DNA of 55,612 nt from a virus (taxonomy: Duplodnaviria; Caudoviricetes). The stretch covers positions 1 to 55,612 of IMG/VR virus record IMGVR_UViG_3300031576_000053. One strand, given 5' to 3'. This document shows, in pieces, positions 36,321 through 44,008 of this stretch. Within the stretch, counting starts at the first letter, position 1, and each line of letters opens with the position of its first letter. The translations under genes and the position numbers were made by a program. The notes beneath the pieces are model-generated. The model searched no databases. It saw only the letters and a list, made by a program, of their open reading frames with translations, and was not told the origin of the DNA.

Positions 36321-37765
36321 TTTTTTGGGTAGCGGAGAAGGACAGAAATTACGGCTTGGCGGAGGCCGTTGCGGAGAGCGCGAAGGTACACGGCGACGAG
36401 GTCGAGATCGTGCCGCAGCGCATGTTCCAGGGCGTGCGCGGCGACGCGGACGCCGGGGCGTGCCTCGGCGTCAAGCGCGCCGGCAAGCGCCTGCTTCATG
36501 CACACCTGCAGGCTGGGCGTCATTTTCTGTATTTCGACAAGTCGTATTTTGACAGGGCGAATTACGTGCGCGTCTCCGTGGACGCCTGGCAGCCAACGGC
36601 GTACTACAGGCAGCAGCGCCCGGCTGATCGCTTCGAGCGCTTTAGGCTGACGATCGAGCCGCGCTGCGGCGGCGGCAAGGAGATCCTGTTCGCCGGGTCT
36701 TCGCAGAAGTACGCGAATTTCCACGACCTCGGCGACGCGACGGAGTACGCGGGGCGCGTCGTGCGGCGTCTGAAGAAGTCGATGAAAGTCCACGAGCGGC
36801 CTATCGTCTACCGGCCAAAGCCGAGCTGGGTCGCGCACCACCCCGAGGAGTGCAAACCGATCGAAGGGACGCGCTTCTCCGCGCCCGGGACGCCGATACG
36901 TGAAGAGTTGAAAAACTGCCATCTGCTCGTGACGCATGGCTCGAACGCCGCCGTGGACGCGCTCCTCGCCGGGGTTCCGGTGATGGCGCTTGGCTCGGGG
37001 ATCTTTAACCGGATGTCGATGGGCGAGCGCTACGATCTGATCGAGAACCCATTCTTTCCTACCGATGAAGAGCGGCGGCAGTTTTTCTATGACTTGGCGT
37101 ATTGCCAGTGGACGCTTGACGAGTTCCGCTCGGGCGAGGCGTGGGCGGACCTGCGCGGCACGTTCGCGAAGCTCGGGCCGGTCCAAGGGGCCGTCGGCAT
37201 GGAGGAGAGCAATAGCCTCGCCCATGTCGTGGGCCTGTACCGCAAGATGCACGAGCACCCGAAGTATTTCCGGGGCCGCGAGGCGCATAAGCACTTCTCC
37301 AAGATCGGGCGGCTGGTGCTCGCGCACGGCGCGAAGTCCATCCTCGACTACGGCTGCGGCAAGGGCGAGCAGTACGGGCCACCGATCAGTTTGCAGGAGG
37401 CGTGGGGCGTGGAGGTCGCCTGCTACGACCCTGGCGTGCCGCGCTTCGAGAAGATGCCAGAGGGGGCCTTCGACGGCGTGATCTGCTGCGACGTGATGGA
37501 GCACATCCCGGAGCCGCACGTCGGAGAGATTCTGCGCGATATTCTCTGCCGCGCCCGCAAATTCGCGTTCCTCTCGATTGCTACGATGCCGGCCTCAAAG
37601 ACGTTGCCGGACGGGCGAAACTGCCATCTGACGGTGCGACCGGAGGCATGGTGGCGCGAGCAGATCCAGGCCGCGCGCGTCGCGGTAGGAGCTGCGGAAC
37701 TCCAGATCGAGGCGGCGATCTACAACGCGCCGGTCGCGCCACCTGAAAAGGAGGATGACGATTGA
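36311..37765 (+). CDS. Fused KpsS-like glycosyltransferase (copy 4) and class I SAM methyltransferase
   Basis: N-terminal YFDKS..YRPKP..LVTHGSNAAVDALLAGVPV..LAYCQW; C-terminal ILDYGCGKG..DVMEHIPE. Confidence 0.8.
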   Translation: MRVIFWVAEKDRNYGLAEAVAESAKVHGDEVEIVPQRMFQGVRGDADAGACLGVKRAGKRLLHAHLQAGRHFLYFDKSYFDRANYVRVSVDAWQPTAYYRQQRPADRFERFRLTIEPRCGGGKEILFAGSSQKYANFHDLGDATEYAGRVVRRLKKSMKVHERPIVYRPKPSWVAHHPEECKPIEGTRFSAPGTPIREELKNCHLLVTHGSNAAVDALLAGVPVMALGSGIFNRMSMGERYDLIENPFFPTDEERRQFFYDLAYCQWTLDEFRSGEAWADLRGTFAKLGPVQGAVGMEESNSLAHVVGLYRKMHEHPKYFRGREAHKHFSKIGRLVLAHGAKSILDYGCGKGEQYGPPISLQEAWGVEVACYDPGVPRFEKMPEGAFDGVICCDVMEHIPEPHVGEILRDILCRARKFAFLSIATMPASKTLPDGRNCHLTVRPEAWWREQIQAARVAVGAAELQIEAAIYNAPVAPPEKEDDD

Positions 37766-38313
37766 CGCTGGAGGAGCTTCACCAGCTTTATCGCCGCACG
37801 CACGAGCAGAATCCGAAGCGCTTTCTCGGCTACACGACGAAGCTCTATGTCGAGCCAATCAAGAGGCTCATCGAGGAGACGGAAGCGACCTCGCTCCTCG
37901 ACTATGGCAGCGGGAAGGGCGCTCAATATCTCGGTGGTCGCCGAGTGCATGAGCGCTGGGGCGGGCTGCTCCCTTGGTGTTACGACCCTGGCGTCATCGG
38001 ATTGAACGAGAGACCGCAGCGCAAGTTCGACGGCATGATCTGCTGCGACGTGATGGAGCACATCCCGGAGGAATTGCTCGCCGAGGTCATCGCCGATGTG
38101 TTCTCGTTCGCGGAGCGGTTCGTTTTGCTCGGCATTGCCACCGTGCCATCGCACAAGGTGACGGCGGACGGACGCGGCTCGCACCTTACCGTCAGACCGC
38201 CGGATTGGTGGATGTCGGTCATTGACAGGATGCTCCCGCCCCGATGCGCGCTTCCGCCGTTTCGGTGGGAGGCGTGGTTCACGGATGAATCGAAGATCGC
38301 GAGGAAAGGATGA
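37762..38313 (+). CDS. Class I SAM methyltransferase (paralog of the preceding C-terminal domain)
   Basis: LLDYGSGKG..YDPG..CCDVMEHIPE..HLTVRP..WW. Confidence 0.85.
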   Translation: MTLEELHQLYRRTHEQNPKRFLGYTTKLYVEPIKRLIEETEATSLLDYGSGKGAQYLGGRRVHERWGGLLPWCYDPGVIGLNERPQRKFDGMICCDVMEHIPEELLAEVIADVFSFAERFVLLGIATVPSHKVTADGRGSHLTVRPPDWWMSVIDRMLPPRCALPPFRWEAWFTDESKIARKG

Positions 38314-38359
38314 TTCGGCTTTTCAACGGCTGGAAGGCGCTCAAGGAGGATGACGACTG

Positions 38360-39067
38360 ATGGACAAGTTGCGCGTTTTCATCGGCTATGATGCCGATGA
38401 GACGGTGGCGCTGCACGTGCTCTCGCACTCCATCATGAGGCACGCGCGCGCCCCGGTTGCGATCACGCCGCTGTGCCTGGGCCAAGTGCCGATGACGCGG
38501 GAGCGGGCCGAATATCAGAGCACGGACTTCTCGTTCTCCAGGTTCCTAGTTCCGTATCTGTGCGGCTACGATGGGCGGGCAATCTTCATGGATTGCGACA
38601 TGCTCGCGCGCGCGGACCTCGCGGAGCTGCTGGCGCTGCACGACCCGTACCGCGCCGTCTCGGTGGTTAAGCACGAGTACGCGCCCAAGCCGGGGGACAA
38701 GTTCCTCGGCTACAAGCAGTCGCTCTACGGCAAAAAGAATTGGTCCAGCGTGATGATCTTTGAGAACGCGCTTTGCCGGGCGCTGACGCCGCACGTCGTG
38801 AACACGGCGAGCGGCCTGTTCCTTCATCAGTTCAAGTGGCTGCAGGACGACTCGATGATCGGCGCGCTGCCGGTCGAATGGAACCACCTCGTCGGGGAGT
38901 ATGAGCCGAACCCGAGCGCGAAGATGGTGCATTTCACGCTCGGCACGCCATGTTTCGCGGCCTACGCGAACTGCGAATTTTCGGCAGAGTGGCATGAGGA
39001 AAAGAACCTGATGCTGGACTACAACAAGGCGGGGGAGTTCTCACGCAAGGCGAGGACTGGGACTTGA
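38360..39067 (+). CDS. GT-A glycosyltransferase (GT8-like)
   Basis: VFIGYD..STDFSFSRFLVP..FMDCDML (DxD)..NWSSVM..WNHL..HFT. Confidence 0.85.
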   Translation: MDKLRVFIGYDADETVALHVLSHSIMRHARAPVAITPLCLGQVPMTRERAEYQSTDFSFSRFLVPYLCGYDGRAIFMDCDMLARADLAELLALHDPYRAVSVVKHEYAPKPGDKFLGYKQSLYGKKNWSSVMIFENALCRALTPHVVNTASGLFLHQFKWLQDDSMIGALPVEWNHLVGEYEPNPSAKMVHFTLGTPCFAAYANCEFSAEWHEEKNLMLDYNKAGEFSRKARTGT

Positions 39068-39774
39068 GCGCTATCATGTCGGTGGAGGCGGTAGACAAAG
39101 GCGCATTCTGCAAGACCTGGGCTCGGCGCTGGCAGGATGCGCGGCCACAGCTCAAGGCGAAGGAGCCACACTCGGCTGTTCGTTCGGGCGTCGCTGATGC
39201 CGAAGCCTTGTCATTGCGCGTGCAGTTGAACAACGTGCGAACGTTAGACTTCGGTTGCGGTCACGGACGGAGCGCGCTCGGCCTCCTGCTTCATGGAGTA
39301 AACAACTACCTTGGCATAGACGCGCGCCTCCTGGCGATCGAGTTCGCCCGCAGGCTCTTTGCCGAGCAACCGGGCTATCAGTTCGAATACTTCGACTCGG
39401 CTAATGGTCGCTACAACAAGGGAGGCGGGCCTAAATTGTTTTTGCCTGTTACAGCCCGCTCCTTTGAGCTTGCCTTGGCGGTGTCGGTGTTCAGTCATGA
39501 GCCAGATGATGAGGTGGTGGCCCATTATCTGAGCGAACTGTGGCGAGTATTGACGCCGAACGGTGTGCTGGCATGCACCTGGATTACCAGTGCGCCTATG
39601 GATCATGCGGATAATCGTTTTTCCATCCGTACCCACGAGGGGATTTTCGCACTTCTGAACGCTTGGGCGGTGTCGGATTGTTGGGGAGCGGGGGAAGCGG
39701 GCGATCAATGGTGGACATTAGCCCACAAAAGTAACAAGTCGCCCACGGTTGCCGGGTCACATAACCATGCCTGA
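39064..39774 (+). CDS. Class I SAM methyltransferase
   Basis: LDFGCGHGR..YLGID..SVFSH..YLSELWRVLTPNG. Confidence 0.85.
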   Translation: MSAIMSVEAVDKGAFCKTWARRWQDARPQLKAKEPHSAVRSGVADAEALSLRVQLNNVRTLDFGCGHGRSALGLLLHGVNNYLGIDARLLAIEFARRLFAEQPGYQFEYFDSANGRYNKGGGPKLFLPVTARSFELALAVSVFSHEPDDEVVAHYLSELWRVLTPNGVLACTWITSAPMDHADNRFSIRTHEGIFALLNAWAVSDCWGAGEAGDQWWTLAHKSNKSPTVAGSHNHA

Positions 39775-40567
39775 GATCGCGGTCGTTACCTCGTGCTCGG
39801 CGGCGGGCTGGGAGCAGTACGGTCGGGGCTTCGTCGAGACCTTCACGCGGTACTGGCCTGCCAATGTGGCGCTGTATCTTTGCTCAGAGGATCTCGGGCC
39901 ACGCCCGATCGACGCGCAACTGATCGACCTCGCGGCGTCGGAAGGCTGGCTGGCATTCGAGGCGCGACACCGCGATAACCAGCGCGCGCACGGACGGGCC
40001 CGGCAAGCTGGCGACATCGGCTGGACGCCTAACAAGATCAAGGCGGGTTACAACTTCCGTTATGACGCATTCCGCTTCGCGAAGAAGGTTTTCTCCATCG
40101 AGGCGGCGATGCGCGAAGTTGGCAGAGGCCGACTTCTGTGGGTTGACGCCGACGTGGTGACGTTCGCGCCCGTGCCGGAGGCGCTGCTTGACGAACTGCT
40201 CCCGATCGGAGCGGCGCTCTCGGCGCTGCTACGCGATGGCTATCATCCGGAGTGCGGCTTCGTCGGCTATAACTTGGAGCACGAGGCGTGCCGCGCTTTC
40301 ATCGCGGAGTTTGCGAGGCTCTACGCATCGGACGAGGTCTTCGCGCTCCAGGAGTGGCACGATTCCTGGGTCTTTGAGTGGTTGCGAAGGAAGATGGGCG
40401 TGCCGACGCACGCGATCCCGCACTGCTCGCGGCGGCATCCATTTCCGAATAGTGCGCTTGGGCGCGTGGCGGATCATTGCAAGGGAGATAGAAAGATCGC
40501 CGGCAGGACTGATCCGCGTGAGGTGTTCACGCACAGCGACATCCCATATTGGCGTGGTGCCGCGTGA
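39767..40567 (+). CDS. GT-A nucleotide-diphospho-sugar transferase
   Basis: VVTS..YG..RFAKKVF..LLWVDADVV (DxD)..ECGF..WHDS..DHCKG. Confidence 0.8.
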   Translation: MPEIAVVTSCSAAGWEQYGRGFVETFTRYWPANVALYLCSEDLGPRPIDAQLIDLAASEGWLAFEARHRDNQRAHGRARQAGDIGWTPNKIKAGYNFRYDAFRFAKKVFSIEAAMREVGRGRLLWVDADVVTFAPVPEALLDELLPIGAALSALLRDGYHPECGFVGYNLEHEACRAFIAEFARLYASDEVFALQEWHDSWVFEWLRRKMGVPTHAIPHCSRRHPFPNSALGRVADHCKGDRKIAGRTDPREVFTHSDIPYWRGAA

Positions 40568-41151
40568 TTCTTCCGGAGGAACTTGCCGCCGGCACCAGCA
40601 CGACGGTCGAGCAGGCGGAGCGCCGTATCAGTCGTTATGAGCGGACTTTTCGTTCCATAAGGCCGTGGCTACCGCCAGGATTGGTTCTTAATTTCCTGGA
40701 CATCGGTTGCGGCACTGGGGGGGTGGCGATGCGGGTGGCGGGTCATTATCCGAACGCGACCGCGCACCTGATCGACGGCGATGCTTGGGGCGAGAAATTC
40801 TCATACCGTCCAGACGGCAGGCCTTGGGCCGACGTGAAATTGGCGCTAAAGCTGTGGGCGAAATATCTACCGAACCGTGCCGTGCGCGCCTGGCCCCCGG
40901 ACCCGGCGTTGACGATCCCATGCGAGCTGATCTACTCGAACTGCTCCTGGGGGCACCACTACGCGATCGAGACTTATCTCGGTCTCGCGCGGCGGAGTCT
41001 GCAACCGGGCGGCACGCTGATCGTGGATTTGCGCGTCGGGAATATCGGCGAACATGGTCGCAAGGCGCTCGGGGCTTATTTCGCGCATGTCGCGGACATC
41101 GAGGTTGGCCAGAAAAAGTACGCCCGCACGGTGTGGAGGAATGCGCGATGA
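40564..41151 (+). CDS. Class I SAM methyltransferase
   Basis: FLDIGCGTGG..LIDG..SWGHHY..LQPGG. Confidence 0.85.
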   Translation: MILPEELAAGTSTTVEQAERRISRYERTFRSIRPWLPPGLVLNFLDIGCGTGGVAMRVAGHYPNATAHLIDGDAWGEKFSYRPDGRPWADVKLALKLWAKYLPNRAVRAWPPDPALTIPCELIYSNCSWGHHYAIETYLGLARRSLQPGGTLIVDLRVGNIGEHGRKALGAYFAHVADIEVGQKKYARTVWRNAR

Positions 41152-41274
41152 ACTTGGAAATGATAGGTAGTTTTATTCGACGGCTGGCGAAGCGCCATTT
41201 TCGAGCGCGGCTGCGGCACTTAAAGGTTACGACCGGACCGAGCAAGGCCGAGAAGCGGGCCGAGAGAGAAAAGA

Positions 41275-41892
41275 GTGCGCTGGAAGCTTCCCGAGGCAGA
41301 TAGCTACTTCGCGCCCCTGCTAACGGACGACGGATTCCAGATCGATCACCTGCGCGTCGCGCTTGGGTATGTGCGGGCCTGGCGCACGGCGGTCGATGGA
41401 GGGGCGCACGTCGGCACTTGGACCTGCTGGATGGCGCAGCGCTTCGGTCGTGTGTTGGCGGTCGAACCGGCGGAGGATGCCTTCGAATGCCTGTTCGCGA
41501 ACACGCGGCGGCTCGACAACGTGGTGCGGCTGCGCGCGGCGCTGGGCGCCGCCCCCGGGGTGGCCTCCGTGCTGGACGATGCGCGGCGTCCAGGTAATAC
41601 CGGGGCACGCTATCTCGGCCCTGGCAACGACGTGGAGGTTCTGCGTCTGGACGACTTGGAGCTGGAGGATGTGGACTTCGTCAAGCTCGACATCGAGGGC
41701 GGCGAGTTCCACGCGCTGCAGGGCATGGAGGCGACGCTGCGGCTCTGCAAGCCGGTCGTGTGCGTGGAGGAAAAGCATTTCGGCGAGCGCTTTGGCGTGC
41801 GACCTGGGGCGGCGCTGGAGTTCCTGCGCATGCTCGGTGCGCGCGAGGCCGAGGCGATCGGCAAAGACCACGTGTTCCTGTTCGACCACTGA
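41275..41892 (+). CDS. FkbM-family methyltransferase
   Basis: AVDGGAHVG..AVEP..F..L..N..AALG..LDD..DFVKLDIEGGE..KPVVCVE. Confidence 0.9.
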   Translation: MRWKLPEADSYFAPLLTDDGFQIDHLRVALGYVRAWRTAVDGGAHVGTWTCWMAQRFGRVLAVEPAEDAFECLFANTRRLDNVVRLRAALGAAPGVASVLDDARRPGNTGARYLGPGNDVEVLRLDDLELEDVDFVKLDIEGGEFHALQGMEATLRLCKPVVCVEEKHFGERFGVRPGAALEFLRMLGAREAEAIGKDHVFLFDH

Positions 41893-41903
41893 GGTGAAGC
41901 GCG

Positions 41904-42458
41904 ATGGCTGATTTTAGGACGCAATGGAAGATAACCGGCCTGAAGGAGCTGGCAGAGTTTCTCAAAGACCTGCCGATGGATCTGCGCCGCGGCGTGGTCC
42001 GGAGGGCGCTGCGCAAGGCCGCCCTGCTCGTCGAAACGGACGCGAAGCGCCGGGTGCCAATCCTCAAGCCTCGTCTAATTAAGGGGCGGTCGGAGCTGGA
42101 TCCTAGGCGCACCCCCGGGACGCTCCTGAACGCGATCAGGACCGCGGGAGCGTTTAGCCCGGCTGGCGGCACGGAGGTGATCGTCAAGGTCGGCGTCAAA
42201 CGTCTTACGAAATCGGCCGTCGCCCGGTTCAAGCTGGCCAGCGGGAAGGGGGGGGCGTTCAACCCGAATGACCCGTTCTACGCAATGTACGTCGAGCGCG
42301 GAACCTCGAAGACGCCCGTTCAGGCGTTCATGCGTCCTGCTCTGGAGTCGCAGGGTTTCGCCGTGGTAGAGCGGTTCCGGGAGGAGTTCAGACGTGGCCT
42401 AGATGAATTCGCGAAGAAGTTATTGCTGCACAAGGGGCGGGCCGCCTCCGGGGCGTGA
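41904..42458 (+). CDS. HK97 gp10-like tail-completion protein
   Basis: ITGLKEL..RRALRKAA..TPGTL..FYAMYVERGT..FMRPAL. Confidence 0.85.
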   Translation: MADFRTQWKITGLKELAEFLKDLPMDLRRGVVRRALRKAALLVETDAKRRVPILKPRLIKGRSELDPRRTPGTLLNAIRTAGAFSPAGGTEVIVKVGVKRLTKSAVARFKLASGKGGAFNPNDPFYAMYVERGTSKTPVQAFMRPALESQGFAVVERFREEFRRGLDEFAKKLLLHKGRAASGA

Positions 42459-42461
42459 GCG

Positions 42462-42848
42462 ATGGCGAAGACGGAGGAGAGGCTGATCACGGTGCTGGAG
42501 GCGAGCGCGGCGGTGAATACGCACTTCGGCGCGACGCCCAACACGCGGATCACGCCTGGGCTGCTGCCGCAGAATCCGACGCTCCCGGCGATGACGTACC
42601 GGCGCATCGCTGGGGCACCGGTCAGCTCGATGGACGGGCTGGACCCGCTCGACAATGGTCTGTACCAGCTCGACGTTTGGGCCTCGACGCAGAAGGCCGC
42701 GCGCGAGGCCGCAGACGCCGCGCGGGACGCGATAGACGCCTCGGCTGATCTTGGCGCCGCGCTGCTCTCGGTATTCACCGACTACGAATCTGAGACCCGC
42801 ATTTACAGAGTCTCGATGGATTTTAGCTTGTGGTTTCACGAATCTTAA
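42462..42848 (+). CDS. Tail terminator (DUF3168-like)
   Basis: LPQ..PAMTY..YQLDVW..YE..IYRVSMDF. Confidence 0.85.
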   Translation: MAKTEERLITVLEASAAVNTHFGATPNTRITPGLLPQNPTLPAMTYRRIAGAPVSSMDGLDPLDNGLYQLDVWASTQKAAREAADAARDAIDASADLGAALLSVFTDYESETRIYRVSMDFSLWFHES

Positions 42849-42865
42849 TCCGATAGGAGATTGCA

Positions 42866-43282
42866 ATGCCAACGAAAGCGATGAAGTCGAAGGGCGTCCT
42901 GCTGCAGCGGTCCTCGGGTGGCAGCCCGGACGTGTTTGTGACGATCAGCGAGGTGGTGAGCTTTGACGGCCCGTCGAGGTCGCTGCCCACCGAGGACGCG
43001 ACGAGCTTCGACTCGACATGGCAGGAGCAGATCGCGGGCGTTCCGGACGGCGGGCAGTTGACATTCGGGCTGAACTACATCCCGAACAACGCGCAGCAGG
43101 CCGGACTGGAGGACGACCTGGAGAACGGCACCCTGCGAGCGTTCCGGCTCGTATACACGGACACGGACCTGTCGCGGAAGGAGTTCTCTGGCTTCGTGAC
43201 GGCGTTCTCGACCTCGTCGGGGAATCCGAACGCCAAGATCGCGGCGAGCGTGACGATCCGCATCAGCGGCGGAGCGAGCTAA
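42866..43282 (+). CDS. Major tail tube protein
   Basis: DGP..DATSFDS..GVPDGG..NY.P..FSGFVT..IRISG; AGGAG RBS. Confidence 0.85.
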   Translation: MPTKAMKSKGVLLQRSSGGSPDVFVTISEVVSFDGPSRSLPTEDATSFDSTWQEQIAGVPDGGQLTFGLNYIPNNAQQAGLEDDLENGTLRAFRLVYTDTDLSRKEFSGFVTAFSTSSGNPNAKIAASVTIRISGGAS

Positions 43283-43285
43283 CCG

Positions 43286-43678
43286 ATGACCATTCTTAGC
43301 GGCAAGGACCTGCTCGATGGCGGGCTCGCGCTCAAGACCGAGCGCGTTCCCGTCCCGGAGCTTGGCGACGGGGCAGAGGTGATCGTCCGAGAAATGACGG
43401 CTGCGGCCCGCGAGCACTACTCCGATGGGCTGTTAGTCGAGGACCCGGATGATCCGGACGAGTCCGGAGCGCCGAAAAGGAAGCCACGCATCGGGCAGAT
43501 GTATGCGCGGCTGGTAGCCTTCTCGGTGGTGAACGAGGCGGGCGAGCTCCAGTTTTCGGAATCGCACGTCGAGAAGCTCTCCGGGCTCCCGGCCACCGTG
43601 ATCGAGCGCATCGCCGCCGCCGCCGCGCGGGTCAGCGGCATTGGCGAGGCGGCGCTGGAGGCGGCAAGAAAAAACTGA
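43286..43678 (+). CDS. Tail assembly chaperone (G-like)
   Basis: VPELG..V.VREMTA..VVNEAG..F; ends at a slippery site. Confidence 0.85.
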   Translation: MTILSGKDLLDGGLALKTERVPVPELGDGAEVIVREMTAAAREHYSDGLLVEDPDDPDESGAPKRKPRIGQMYARLVAFSVVNEAGELQFSESHVEKLSGLPATVIERIAAAAARVSGIGEAALEAARKN

Positions 43679-44004
43679 GGAGCCGGCCCGAGCGCCGGTT
43701 CCTCCTACGCCTCGCCCTGAGCATGGGCGAGGCGGACCCTGATGCCCTTCTTACGCGCATGACCTCCAGCCAGCTCACGGAATGGCAGGCGCTTTTCGCC
43801 GAGGACCCGTGGGGCGAGGAGAGGGCCGACCTGCGCGCGGCGATCGGGCATGCGATGTACGCGAACGCGCACCGCGACGCGGCGCAGCACCCGGAACCAT
43901 ATCGCCCGGTTGACTTTATGCCCTACCACCGCCGCGAGCCCGAGAGGCCAGAGAGCCTCTGGGCGCGGCTGGCGCAGACCTTCGACAGGCTGAAGAGGAA
44001 GTAG
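43669..44004 (+). CDS. Programmed -1 frameshift extension (GT-like chaperone)
   Basis: A AAA AAC heptamer at 43669-43675; the -1 frame stays open (LRSRPERRFLLRLALSMG..EW..PWGEERAD) to 44004. Confidence 0.85.
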   Translation, partial: KKLRSRPERRFLLRLALSMGEADPDALLTRMTSSQLTEWQALFAEDPWGEERADLRAAIGHAMYANAHRDAAQHPEPYRPVDFMPYHRREPERPESLWARLAQTFDRLKRK

Positions 44005-44008
44005 ACCG

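Noticed and set aside
41148-41303. 51-aa basic ORF between methyltransferases
   Set aside because: It is ATGA-coupled but has no recognisable motif; it may be only a spacer or remnant, so it was not called.
33037-41892. Gtr-like O-antigen conversion cassette or host contamination
   Set aside because: No membrane components are present, the genes are coupled to structural genes with matching codon style, and no lysogeny module was found.
43669-43675. Tail chaperone frameshift as a novelty
   Set aside because: This is a well-known conserved feature of long-tailed phages; it is listed only as a feature.
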